The notes under the pieces are model-generated. The model saw only the letters and a program-made list of their open reading frames with translations. It ran no database searches and was not told the origin of the DNA. From Eledone cirrhosa (lineage: Eukaryota), in contig OZ024750.1 in NCBI GenBank assembly GCA_964016885.1, forward strand, positions 8,990,001 to 9,054,000: a stretch of 64,000 nucleotides of DNA, given 5' to 3'. The translations under genes were made by a program, and so were the position numbers. Positions 1 through 29,207 of the stretch are shown here, piece after piece; within the stretch, counting starts at the first letter, position 1; the number at the start of each line of letters is the position of its first letter.

Positions 1-579
1 AAGACATGTTTGTTTGTTTGTTTGGAGTGTTTTGGGGATTTTTTTTTTAAATTTATTTTGATGGTATTTAAAGGGTTTTTTTTATTGCTGTTTTGTATTT
101 ATACTTTTTGCATTAACTTCATGTTCAGTGTTGTTCATTTTGGCATCATATTGTAATGCCAAGGGAAAGGAACAAGCAATTCTATAACATTTATTCCATT
201 CTTCCAAACTCTCATTCACTTAGTACATGGTTAGCTAACCTCTTCAACAAGACTTGAAATTTTTATGTCTAATATTTTTTTTCTTCTTTTTAATATATTT
301 TTTGAAGACGTACTTTTTTTCAAATTTGTTCACATGACTAAATTTCATTAATTACAGAATTACTTTGGAATAAACTAGAAACTATTGCAAATGTATTCCC
401 ATAATAATTTTTGATATTTAACCATTTGTTGCATTATGATATTTCAATCTAATTCTATTTTATTTCTTGTTAAATATATTGATTTCTTTTGACAAGACAT
501 AAACTTTATTCAACTAGTAGAGGTCATATAATTAACTTAATCAATCTACTCAGGTAATATTATTATATAATTACACAAG

Positions 580-778
580 GGCAGTGGATTGGCAGTATCG
601 ATAGAGCATCAGAGAACATGCTTTTTGCAGCATAGAATTTATATCCCTTTACGTTCTGTGTTCAAATCCTGCCAAGGGGTCAATAAAATACAGTACCAGT
701 AAAACACTGGGATCGATCTAATTGACTTTCCCCTCCCCTAAAATTGCTGGCCCTGTGCCTAAATCAGAAACCATTATA
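580..778 (+). mobile_element. tRNA-derived SINE, family 1 (Meta/MESC-like central domain)
   Basis: A-box-like ttggcagtatcgatag, B-box gttcaaatcc, central 'aataaaata...gtaccagt' block, tail gcctaaatcagaaaccattat. About 15 related copies in the window, e.g. 3090-3270, 10372-10560, 15067-15405 (two in tandem), 16447-16662, 26535-26738, 29521-29695, 35058-35170, 38747-38960, 40362-40544, 57935-58038. Confidence 0.8.
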
Positions 779-1554
779 TAATTACATAGTTTATGTGAAA
801 GACACAGAATGACCTAATAGTTAAGAAGTACAGTTTGCAATATAGAGTCTCAGGTTCAATCTCAGTAATGCCATCTATGGCAAGTATCATTTACTATAAA
901 GTTAGGCTGATCTAAGCTTTATAAGTGAAACTAGATAGACAAGTAATGTTGCTGAATCTGGGATTAAATTTTCTATAGATATAGAATGCAGTTGATAACA
1001 AGACTAATGTTTATCAGCAGCTGCCATTCTCCCACTTTGAAACTTAAATATTAATAAATATCAATGTACCAAAGTGTATAGTAACTTTCATAGACCAATA
1101 TAAATAATACTGAGCAGCTCAACATTACCAAACACCACACATTACAAGTCAAGTTATGTACTCAAACTATATGGTCATATAAAAAGATCAACTCGTGGTG
1201 TGAAAAGATTTGACTGTCAGATACCATTCTTGACTCTAACCCTTCCTGACCCTAACCCTTCCTGACCCTAACTCTTCTAGTAGTCTCTAATAACATTATC
1301 ATTATATTCAACATCATCGTTTCTACATTTGTCTTTTCATGCTGGTATAAGTTAGACAAGGTATTGTTTTATATCCTGGTACTCTTTCCAGTGTGAGCCC
1401 TTTTAATCACCTCTTTTGACATATAGGGATATGCTGTACTCATCCAAAATACAAGGGAACACCTCAACTAGTGATGTTTAAAAAAAGTTCAAATTGAACA
1501 TTGAACTTATTCAGTCTAAGTGGACTTGGATAACCTATGGGCTATGTCCCTCCA

Positions 1555-1752
1555 GCCAAGGGCCTTGTTTCAGGGGAGGGGGGGGGGGACGTCTATATTT
1601 TATTTTTTTGTTTATTTAATATAAATTCTTTTTAAGGTTATTTTTTTATATCTGAACTTCATTTGAATATATAAAATTTAATTAGCGTAAAATTTTACTT
1701 ATGTGATAGGGTCCGGGAAAGGTACCATAAGCAATTTATGTTTCTTTAAGAA
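1555..1752. repeat. Dispersed repeat with an inverted copy at 31015-31298
   Basis: gccaagggccttgtttcagggg...gatagggtccgggaaagg matches the reverse complement of 31015-31298. Confidence 0.8.
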
Positions 1753-1920
1753 GGTTTGTCCCCCTCACAGCTATTCATTAGACTAAATTATCAATATATA
1801 GTACTCTATAGTTCCTCTAAAGATTTGTCAAGTATCTGGTTGAAGTAAATCAAATAAATTAATATATTTGGATATCTCCTTCTGTGATTCTAAAAACATT
1901 GTTAATCTGTTTTCTATTAA

Positions 1921-2256
1921 TTATCATCATCATCATCATTTTACGTCCGCTTTTCCATGTTTGCAAGGGTGGGATGGGAACTGATTCTGGCTTGATTTCT
2001 ACAGCTGGATGCCCTTCCTAACACTAACCTCATTTACAGTGAGTGCTGGGTGCTTTTTTGCCGTGGCACCTCCACGACCACTTTGCAGTGGAATGATATG
2101 GACCCCAGTCCCTATCATCTCATTTCTACAGCTGAGTAAACTGGAGCAATGTGAAATAAAGTGTCTAGCTCAAGGAAACAACACATCACCCGGTCTGAGA
2201 ATTGAACTCACAACCTTTCGATTGCAAGGCCAATGCTCTAACCACTAAGCCATGTG
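1921..2256 (-). mobile_element. tRNA/CORE-type SINE with RTE-like (ATG)n 3' tail
   Basis: Near-identical copy at 48262-48584. The minus strand begins catggcttagtggttagagc...gttcaattc, has a CORE-like ttgagctagacactttatttcac, and ends ggacgtaaaatgatgatg. Confidence 0.8.
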
Positions 2257-3670
2257 TCTCCATATATATATATATATATTTTTTTTTTTTTTCTTTCAGT
2301 GAAAATGCTGTTTTATGACCCTTGTATGGCTATACATTGCCTCTTTCAACCTTTCACCTCATATCAGTATCGACTGGAAGGTCCTGGAAAGTGGGATGGT
2401 GCAAAGGAAGCTCTCTATGGAATCTGGGACCGAACCCTAATGGGAATTTCACAAAGGAAGACACATTTTAATAATGAGGATAGTGGAATGACTCGAATCT
2501 TCTTGATGGCATTTTGTTTTCTCTGTTTTGTTTTGTTTTTAAAATGGAATTTCTAATTTTTTTTTAGATGTTCAGTTGTGTGTCATTAAATACTGAAAAC
2601 ATAATAGTATATCTCATTCCACAACTGAATATTGGACCTTCACATTCAGATTTCTGAATTTATGATACTGTTATATTGGGGAGGTTCATGTTGCCCTAAT
2701 ATTGCCAAAAATAGTAAAACACACTCAGTTTGGTTTGGTTTTCGTTTCACTAAATTTTTATATATTTTTATAAATTTAGCTGGCAATCAATGTTTATCAT
2801 TGATTGACCAACAGTTAAAATATAGATATAATTTCTCAAAATTCTTTCATCACACATACCTTTCTTACAAATATATTTATAAATATATATATACCTTTAA
2901 TGTGCAAAAAATACACTTGATATCTTTAAATTATATTCAGAAATAGAAAAAAAAGTTTAGAATTACAAACTGCTTTTAATGCATTAAAATTATAGGTTTT
3001 AAAGATGATGATTCTTGATTTGAGCCAATGGTTCACTGGTCAAATCTATGTTGAGGCTATTTTACTATACTTGTAAATTGAAATCTAAAAATAATTGTTT
3101 CTACTTTTGGCACAATGCCTGGTGAATTACTGGTACTTTATTTTATCAACTCCATAAAGATGAAAGGCAAAGTTAACCTCAGCAGGATTTGAACTCAGAC
3201 CGTAAAGGGCCGTGACTCTATGCTGCAAAGCATGGTATCTGACACTACCGATACTGCCAATCCACCGCTCTATTGAAATCTAAAAATAAGGATTGTTAAA
3301 TTGAAAAAAAAAAAAACTAATATCCAGCAAACTGCTGAAAATAATGATTCTAGTGAAGTTTTATAATAATATAACAATTATAATGAAGGTTGGGATTGTA
3401 TGTGGTAGCATGGTTACTGTGAAGATTGTGATGATATATGATATGGTAATTAATATAAAAAATATGGTGCTTAAAGAGCTGCTGTCAAATATTGGCTCCC
3501 TAAATTATACTTAAATATATATGTATCAAAATGTAATCAAATTAATGAGATGGAATCTGTACTGAAATACATCAAATTATTGTTTTTAAATTTAATGTTT
3601 TATATTCCGAGTTCAAACTTTTCTAGAATAAACTATATATTTTCTAATTCACTTGGGTCAATTCTATTGA

Positions 3671-3708
<38 letters not shown>

Positions 3709-4394
3709 CTACAAAAATTTATTTTTGATATCATTAAAGAAAAATTATGTATTATTAAAAGTAATCAAATATTTTATGTAATAAAAGAAAAAAAAAACCT
3801 TAAGAACAGAAATGTATTATATTTTATTATGTATGTGTGGTTGGTGTTGCTATTGTTGTTGTTGTCCATAATAGGGGTGGAATTTAACCCCAAGTGGCTC
3901 TCATTGGGTAAGTTTATGACTAAAGGCATTCTAACTAGGACCATCATGTCTGTTTTTATATATATATATATAGTACTACATAGCTTAGTGGTTAGAGCAT
4001 TGGGCTTGCAATCGGGAGGTTGTAAGTTCGATTCTCAGAATCTATGAATTAAAAGTTATCATGACCTACATTGTATGTATAGTTTCCATGTTTTCATGGG
4101 TTAGACACATTGTCATATTCTAAGTCTAGGCAGATCAAATAATCGTGTATTCTATGACTCAATGCCCTTATCAAACACTTTACAGTGTGTAGTAGGTTTA
4201 TTCATGACTACCGTCTTACAAAGTGGTATCTCCACACAAAACAACTATGTTATACTTTCACTGCCCACCCCCTTGAATTAAACTGATTTCTTATAAATAC
4301 AAACCTCATTCCTCAAAATTTTACACTCCTAAAATTCCTACTTCGGATAAAACACATTACCAAGCACACATTCATTGCTAGATCTGCAAACTAA

Positions 4395-4677
4395 ATGTCT
4401 AAAGTCGGTCTTAAGCCAGAAGGCTCATTTGGCGAGTGCTTATCCCAGTTTCATGGTGTGAAGCAACAAGAGTACAAGACTCCCTCCTGGAGAGGACGCC
4501 AGTCCATTGCTGAGTTAAATCCCCAGCTGTTGCTGGTATTCATTTTCAGCAGAGTATACTAAAGCAATGGGAAATGAAGTGTTTTGCTCAAGAACACAAC
4601 ACACAACCCAGGAATCAAACTCACGACATTATGATCGTAAGTCGAACACCCTTACCACCAGGCCACGTACCTCCACT
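4395..4677 (-). mobile_element. tRNA/CORE-type SINE with V-domain-like segment
   Basis: Minus-strand head ggaggtacgtggcctggtggtaagggtgttcgac, CORE-like tgttcttgagcaaaacacttcatttc, segment gcaatggactggcgtcc. Related copies at 22455-22733 and 35330-35500. Confidence 0.75.
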
Positions 4678-5137
4678 CTGCAAACTAAACATAGGCTTAA
4701 TATCAACAATATCAACAAGTTTTCTAAAGTTTCTTCCTATAAATTTTAAGTCAGATTCCCCCTAATGCATTATATGTGCATCCACATACACACGTGTATA
4801 TTTATGTATATACATATTTACACACACACACATATGTATATACATATATACACACACACTATATATATATATATATATATGTGTGTTACAATGAGGTATA
4901 AGGATCAAGAATTCTCTGTATTAGAGCTACTTAAGCTGTTGGGATTATTTTCAAAGATTCAAAGATACACAGCAGATTACTACAAAACACAAAAAAAATG
5001 TCAAGTTATGCACCATAAATCTACAACTTCATGAGAGAGAATATGCCTTCAATTTAAAATTTAGAAAAATTGTTCTTTCTATTTCAGACAAAACATTGCT
5101 ATATTTGTCTTCTCCCATTCTCCCCATGGCATATGAA

Positions 5138-5306
5138 TAATGCCGGATTTACTATCATGCTTAGGTGTGCTTAAGCACAGGGCCCTGTCGGCCAAGGGGA
5201 GGGTTCCATCTTCCTGCCAAAAAATCTTTTACCTTCTCCAGGGCCCATGTAAGGGGCCTCATAACTTAACTAACACAGAGCCTCATTTGTCCTAAATCCG
5301 GCACTG
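5138..5306. mobile_element. hAT-type MITE
   Basis: TIRs taatgccggattta / taaatccggcactg; 8-bp TSD catatgaa on both sides. Confidence 0.75.
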
Positions 5307-5597
5307 CATATGAATCTATCGAAACTCATGACAGTAACCATCATGTACAGGCATTAATTCAATTGATCCGCTCAACTCACTTCCCTTGTGACCCTGTACC
5401 ATTATAAGACATCTTTAAAACTTGTAGTGGTCACATGAATGCTCTAAGGAAATTTATACCGCATCATTCTGAAGGCGTTCAGATAAATAGTACATGTAAT
5501 TCAAAAGTCGATCCTTGTTTCATAGTACGCCATGTTGGCTTTGAATGAGGATAACATTAAAGGTAAATAAGTCTATGGAATATGAAACCTCTTAGAC

Positions 5598-5888
5598 CAG
5601 TCATGGGCAACCTGTGTCCTGTAAAGCTTTCTGAATGGCTCACCTAAGTCACCTAAGTGAAATCTTTCTGATTTTTTTTACCCCAACTTTTCAGTGGTAA
5701 TTTACCTTTCTATCATTTTTACGATCGAGGAAAACAACGTGTATGAATTCTGAAGAAACAAATCAAAACAACCTGAGTTACCACACTTTTTTTTATGTGG
5801 GCACAAATGTAAATTAGCACTTGCGGCCCACCTGATGATGAGTCATATCTCATGTGGCCCACTTCTCGAAAAAGGTTGCCCGTGCCTG
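5598..5888. mobile_element. hAT (Charlie-like) MITE
   Basis: TIRs cagtcatgggcaacct / aggttgcccgtgcctg; perfect 8-bp TSD tcttagac at 5590-5597 and 5889-5896. Confidence 0.85.
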
Positions 5889-7112
5889 TCTTAGACGCTA
5901 ATCCTATGAGCAAATAGTTCAGTTGGTTAAACAACTAATTACTCATTGTCGAAACAGATGGAGAACCATTTATTTATTATTTATTTATTTATTTATTTTA
6001 TTTTTTTTTTTTTTTTTTTTATCTATGCAAGCACATGCACCAACATAATTGTTTTTTTGTTTTTTTTTTGTTATTATCTACTGAAGATAAAACAGAACGA
6101 GAAACTACTAACAGACTGACTTTTAGATAAATTTATATATCACATCTGAGCACATTTACAATGTTATTAACTGAGTTAATAAGATGGCCTTGTACCATTA
6201 TATGAAATTATCATCGGTGTAAATACTCTCAAAAATACATGACTATATGATTTCTGTTGAAGGTAGAAAGGAGAAAAATAAATGCTGTAGGTGAAACAAT
6301 CCGAATCCTAATGATTTGCAATTTCTTGAATCTTAAAATTAGATTACGATTTCAGATGACAGATCGATTGATCAGTTATTTAAGTGTCTAGTGTGATGTT
6401 TCTGACCAAAACACGTAAACACAAGCCTAGAAAGCCTCAACGTAATCTCGTTCGACCTTCTAGAAATAGCAACCAAATCACCCTCAACTCACATCCGACA
6501 GTCTATAATGTGTGTGTGAGAGAGAGGGGGGGAAGCACCTCACCTGGGCGTCATATTAATAAATAACTTGTATTCTCTCCTGTATGTTTTTTCGCGTGGT
6601 GGGAGCGTTTTATATTATATATTATATATAAATTAACGATTTTATTTATTATATATTATTTATCCCGCCAAGGTTAACTTTGCCTTTCATCCTTACGGGG
6701 TCGATAAAATAAAGTACCAGTAATGCACTGGAATAATTGCTGGCCTGGTGCCAAAAGTAGAAACAATTATTTACAATTTGTTTGTAGGTAGGTCTCTCTG
6801 GAAATAGGGTTTTGGGGAGTTGAGGATATTACGTTACCGTGATGGAGAGGGGGGAGTTTGAGAACATTTATTCTAGTGAATAAATGTTGTCAGGGTCAGT
6901 ACTTTAAAATGTGATTTATGGAAACTTCGTCTTAAACACTAATTGACTTGAAGCTTGTGATAAGATAAAACCCAAATAAGTATCGTGCAAATAGGATTGT
7001 CAAACCCCCACAAGATTAAATAACAAAATAACAGCTTCTTAATTTTGTTTTATTTTCATTTACTTCCGGCTAAACATATGGTCAACTCTCATGGTACTAC
7101 CCACCGTCATAT

Positions 7113-7165
7113 TATAAATACTTTATCTCTGCAGATTCCCATTGATATCTGAAGTAATAAACAAG
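7113..7165 (+). promoter_or_regulatory. Putative chitinase TATA box and short non-coding first exon
   Basis: TATAAATA at 7113-7120, strong donor AAG|GTAAG at 7165/7166, and GATA sites upstream (tgataagataaa near 6958). The chitinase ATG at 9019 is immediately preceded by a tttcag acceptor, so an upstream UTR exon is expected. Confidence 0.5.
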
Positions 7166-7361
7166 GTAAGAACTGTTTCAACTAATATTTTGTAATGACT
7201 AGCTCTCAGTTGCGTAACTAGAGGGGCAGTCCACCCCTGGCGACACTTTTATGGGGGAGAGGATGATTTGGGGTCTGCTGTAGACTATAAGTATTCTTTT
7301 GATGCTGCAACATAATATTGTAATTGCACATGGAATAGTTAATATATATAGAGAGAGAGAG

Positions 7362-7545
7362 AGAAATGGCTTCTACAGGACTAGAACTGTTTCATTCGGG
7401 AGAAATCATCAGAAAACCCTGATGATTTCTCTCGAATGAAACAGTTCTAGTCCTGTAGAAGCCATTTCTACATTAAATATTTATACTCTGCTATGTATTG
7501 AGTACCTTACTTTGGTTGCCCCCGATTGAACCCGGGATAAACTTG
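7362..7545 (+). mobile_element. Penelope-like pLTR remnant, palindromic, with hammerhead core (family A)
   Basis: 51-bp inverted arms 7362-7412 and 7419-7469. Core CTGATGA(7419)-tttctctcgaat-GAAA-cag-ttctagtc-ctg-TA-gaagcc. Tail on one arm only; flanked by (TA)/(GA) repeats. Confidence 0.65.
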
Positions 7546-7879
7546 TATATATATATTAGTTTAACAATGATAATAATAACAAAGGCAAGTTATTTTACAT
7601 AATCCTTTCATTGCTTTACGATCGTTTCGGAGGGTTGATCATATTGATATATTGACTGATCTATAGTAGATAGACCACATTGTGTGTGTGTTGGTGTGTG
7701 TGACTTTAAGAGTGAGTCACTGAGCAATATGTATTTTTTGTGAGGGCCCAGGGGCAGCCAACTGAAGGACTGCCTCGGGTGGTGGCACACACTCTAGCTA
7801 CTTGTGTCTGAGTTGCTGTGGCTTCTGAAACAATTTCTATCGTTAAAGGTACAACAGGTAGATAGTAGATATAAAGCTA

Positions 7880-8580
7880 TGGGTAACTATGTAAAAATTA
7901 TAAGGCTACGGGTTGATCCTGTGAAAACGATACTGTGGGTTGATCATATAATAATATAAGGCTACGGGTTGATCCAGTGAAAATATAATACTACGGGTTG
8001 ATGTGTCAATATAAAGCTACGGGTTGATCCAGTGAAAATATAATACTACGGGTTGATGTGTCAATATAAAGCTACGGGTTGGTCCTGTGAAAATATAATA
8101 CTGTGGGTTGATCATGTGTCAATATAAAGCTACGGGTTGGTCCTGTGAAAATATGATACTGTGGGTTGATCATATAATAATATAAGGCTACGGGTTGATC
8201 CTGTGAAAATATAATACTGTGGTTTTATCATATAATAATATAAGGCTGCGGGTTGGTCCTGTGAAAATATAATACTGTAGGTTGATCATATAATAATATA
8301 AGGCTACGGGTTGATCCTGTGAAAATATAATACTGTGGGTTGATCATATAATAATATAAGGCTATGGGTTGGTCCTGTGAAAATATGATACTGTAGGTTG
8401 ATCATATAATAATACAAGGCTATGGGTTGGTCCTGTGAAAATATGATACTGTAGGTTGATCATATAATAATATAAGGCTACGGGTTGATCCTGTGAAAAT
8501 ATGATACTGTAGGTTGATCATATAATAATATAAGGCTATGGGTTGATCCTGTGAAAATATAATACTGTGGGTTGATCGTG
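7880..8580. repeat. Minisatellite, ~58-bp unit, roughly 11-12 copies
   Basis: Unit aaggctacgggttgatcctgtgaaaatataatactgtgggttgatcatataataatat, itself made of two gggttgatc sub-repeats. Confidence 0.9.
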
Positions 8581-9018
8581 TGTGAACCTAACGCTGTATT
8601 TAAACATAGTTGAATATATAAGGTGGCGTTCTTTCTGTGTAGAATACTGATTTTGCATGAGTTGCAGTCATGTGTAAAACCGCTCAATTTGCAGTGTTGT
8701 GGACGTTGGCAGATTATTTTTCACTCACACAAATATTATTATTTGGGACCCGAGAGTTGCAGAAGAAATTTCCGTATATTTTTCTCCAGATATTTAGATA
8801 TTTTTTCCATATCAGCTACACCCCCGTTATCATTTCTCTTCTTTCATGTTTTTCTCTTGTTCGTGCTTTTTTGTTCTCGTTCAGGCATTTGCTTGAGTAT
8901 ATGACTAACAATCATAACTTGCAGTTCTACAGGCTTTGGTAGCTCATGAAACCATTGTTTGCAGATGTAATACCGTGTGTTCGAATCATTATATATATAT
9001 ATATAATATCTATTTCAG

Positions 9019-25794
<16,776 letters not shown>

Positions 25795-26921
25795 TTTTCT
25801 ATGTATTCCTCTCATTATCTCTTTTTTTTCTATCTATCACACACACATTTCTACATATATCATTATTCAAAGTAACGCCGATGTTAGCTTTGCCTTTCAT
25901 CCTTACGGGGTCCATAACATAAAGTACCGGTAATGCACTGGGGTCAATTTAATCGACTTTCCCCTCTCCCCAAAATTGCTGGCCTTATGCCTAAAGTAGA
26001 AACAATTATTTAATTTAGAAATAGCTCTCCGCCTCTCTATATCTACTACACGGAATTCTCTCCCAACCACCCTCTTTATATTTACTACACGGAACTCTCT
26101 CCCAACCACCCTCTCTATATCAATTACCACCAAACTATCCCCCTCTCTATATCTACAATACAACACACTCTCTCTCTCTCTCTCCATCACTACCAAACTA
26201 TGTTAATTATATGAACGAAGAATTTAGAGGTAGAAACAGAGCGGAAGGAAGATTATCAACTGATCTGCGACCAGCTATGACCGATTATCATAGTCAACTG
26301 ATCTGCGACCATATTTTCTCACCATACGGAGAGATGGGGAGGGTGAGAGAGATGGAGGCGATAACAGTGGGAGTTCGGCTCTTCCACGTTCGGACCATAT
26401 CCTTGCGGTTGTATTGATTAAGCAGATATATCATATGCCAACACTGTGACCAGCTATGACCGAATTACGCTGTTATATTTTTCAAAGGAAATATAATCAC
26501 AGAAAAATCGTAATCAAATCTATTTCAAATAGCGATAGGCACAACGCCAGCAAGTTGGGGGGAGGGGAAAGTAGATTAAATCGATCCCAGTGCATTACTG
26601 GTGTTTTATTTTATCGACCCCGTAAAGATGAAAGGCAAAGCTAACCTCGGCGGGATTTAAACTCAGATCATAAAGGGCCGTAACTCTATGCTGCAAAGCA
26701 TGGTGTCCGACGCTCTAGCGATACTGCCAATCCACCGCATTTCTATTTTAAATAACAAAAACACTACAGATATTTAAAAACCGAATTGCTACCAAATTAG
26801 AGAGCGTCTGCTTCATCTTTTTCTAGGCAAGGAAGACCTTATGGTATGTTTAGTCATTTGTCACAATTTGCAGCAGAAATGTTGAATATTAATATGCCAA
26901 TACCGGTGGTTTCGAAGACAA

Positions 26922-26997
26922 TAAGCTACGCACGATTTCACAGTATACAATTCCATCCATGTGAAATTGTACAACTTGTTCTTCAGCCAAAGGCTTA
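26922..26997 (-). ncRNA. Degenerate hammerhead motif
   Basis: Minus strand: taagc-(ctttgg)-CTGAAGA-aca..tgtacaatttc..ggaattgtata..tgt-GAAA-tcgtgcg-TA-gctta. Stem I is displaced by 6 nt. Confidence 0.45.
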
Positions 26998-27779
26998 AAA
27001 ACTATAGCTTACTGGAAGCAAATCGATTGTAATGAAATTTCCAAACATAAGTACGTTTAAGTAGATAGCAATAACAACACACTTATAAGTCAATAATATG
27101 CTTATTAAAACAGTAGAATCCGATAAAAATGGTGATTCTGCGCCAGCAGGAAAAAAAACTGCAAATCAAATACTTTAAAGAGTAGAATGAGTGTAATTTC
27201 GTGATCAAGAAGAGAAGTATCTTCTTCCTCGTAGCGTAACATATATTTCAACGTTTGTACAATATTATTGCACTTAGTGATTTAATATATAACTAACTGG
27301 GATACTCTAAATCCCTTCCTCTCTTTTATAGCATCCCTCTATATATCTATCCATCTCCTTCATTCTTTCTCTTCCTCTCCCCTCTTTCTTTCTATCTGTC
27401 TGTTTCTATCTATCTATCTATCTGTTCCTATCCATCCATCTCCCTCCTCCTTTCCGTTCCTATCCCCACTATTTATCTCTTTCCCTCTTCCTCTCCCTCT
27501 TATCACCCACTTGTGTCCACCACCACCCCACCCCCGACACTGCACTAACCAAGAAACAATTAAAAAAATATATATATATATATATAGTGTGTATTACATG
27601 CTAAATCTTAGAAAAATCTTGCATATATTTACTGTTCCGCTTACAGCTTTGCTTTGTATAATGTAGATTAGCAAACAACCATATCAGCTCTCTTTGCATT
27701 AGGCAGTCATTTTGATGAAAATGTTCCACCAATATTCTTTCTGTTCTCTCTCTCTCTCCCTCTCCCTCTCTCTCTGTGA

Positions 27780-27972
27780 AGGAAGGCGCGTGGCTGAGTG
27801 GTTAGAGAACTGGATTCGCAATCGTGAGGTTGTGAGTTCAATTTCTGGACCGGGTGATACATTATGTCCTTGAGCAAGACACTTTATTTCACGTACCTGG
27901 AGTTGCGACCGATAGATAGTATTAGCAATTGGGAAGACCAACGGAAACATTGTTTCCTCGGTCCGATTTGAC
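27780..27972 (+). mobile_element. tRNA/CORE-type SINE (related copy 22780-22935)
   Basis: ggcgcgtggctgagtggttagag...gagttcaatt...tgtccttgagcaagacactttatttcacg. Confidence 0.75.
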
Positions 27973-28060
27973 GAAAAGTCGATCGACTGATCTAGATATA
28001 TATATATATATATATGTGTATGTTGGGGTGGTTAATATATATATATATATATATATATAT

Positions 28061-28861
28061 GTGAAAAACATGGGGAGAAGAATACTGTATGGTTGCACAT
28101 GGATTACATATTATAAAATTAGTCCCTCATCAGTGATTTGCCAACGATCATTGGTATTTCATCGCATTAAAAATCATATACCTCAGGTTGGTGCGAGCAA
28201 TAACTAAATTAAGCTATTGGGACAAGTGAAACGCGTAAAGCGAGTGAGACAAGTAAACAACAAAGAAGGAAAAGCTAACCGAAGATGGGAAGAAAAACAA
28301 GCAACATGGTTATCCGATCAGCATAAGCTGAGTGAATTTCATGAGCGCTCAGCAAACAGACCTTTCGCTGTGAATGGGATGTGAGAAAGAAGGAATCCTA
28401 CTCCTAGCGAACGGGAGGAAGTGAGAAGGGGAGAAACAGAGAGTGAGTGAGTGGAAGTGCGAGGAAGAGGTCAGTCGAGAGAAAGTGTTAACTGACAGAG
28501 GGGACGAAAGAAGGTAAGAGAAACAGAGAGAACGGGGGAGCAGTAAGAGAGAAACAGATAATCGCAGTTTAGGTAAATATATATATGTGAAAAACATGGG
28601 GAGAAGAATACTGCATGGTTGCACATGGATTACATATTATAAAATTAGCCCCTCATCAGTGATTTGCCAACGATCATTGGTATTTCATCGCATTAAAAAT
28701 CATATACCTCAGGTTGGTGCAAGCAATAACTAAAATAAGCTATTGGGACAAGTGAAACGCGTAAAGCGAGTGAGACAAGTAAACAACAAAGAAGGAAAAG
28801 CTAACCGAAGATGGGAAGAAAAACAAGCAACATGGTTATCCGATCAGCATAAGCTGGGTGA

Positions 28862-28868
<7 letters not shown>
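28061..28868. mobile_element. Partial-tandem element: two 282-bp direct repeats (28061-28342, 28587-28868) around a GA-rich spacer, inside (TA)n
   Basis: Near-identical repeats, each with a minus-strand caCTGATGAggg; pLTR-like arrangement. Confidence 0.65.
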
Positions 28869-28916
<48 letters not shown>

Positions 28917-28919
28917 AAA

Positions 28920-29173
28920 TGAAGTATTTCCGTAGGAAAAGTAAAGGAAAAAAGAGTGCTCTATGTAAGCTACAGCTTTTTAGTTATGTAATAAACAACA
29001 TAAGATAATTATTTCATTTGCCAGTGGTTTCTTGAAGACAGATATATATATATATCTGTCTTAAGTCGTCAGAAAGAATAATATGGAATCCATATTATTA
29101 TCTGTCTATAAACACCTGTCTTCAAGAAACCACTGGTAAGTGAATTAATTATCTTATGTTGTTTATTACATAA

Positions 29174-29175
<2 letters not shown>
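28920..29175 (-). mobile_element. Penelope-like palindromic remnant related to family C, with a hammerhead at 29012-29079 (-)
   Basis: Arms 28984-29041 and 29116-29173. Minus strand attcttt-CTGACGA-ctt-aagacagat(at)n-ctgtctt-caa-GAAA-ccactgg-CA; the other arm retains GTA. Tail tacatagagcactc...cggaaatac. Confidence 0.65.

Positions 29176-29207
<32 letters not shown>

Noticed and set aside
1232-1280. Telomere-like ctaaccct repeats
   Set aside because: Only three copies of a 17-bp unit, not a (TTAGGG)n tract.
2009-2248. Duplicated 79-aa ORF (also 48334-48573)
   Set aside because: Antisense reading of two young copies of the same SINE.
5825-5880. CTGATGA...GAAA hammerhead-like string
   Set aside because: No stem III/NUH or stem I pairing; it lies in the end of a hAT MITE with a clear TSD.
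6075-6120. CTGAAGA...GAAA string
   Set aside because: No stem I or stem II complementarity.
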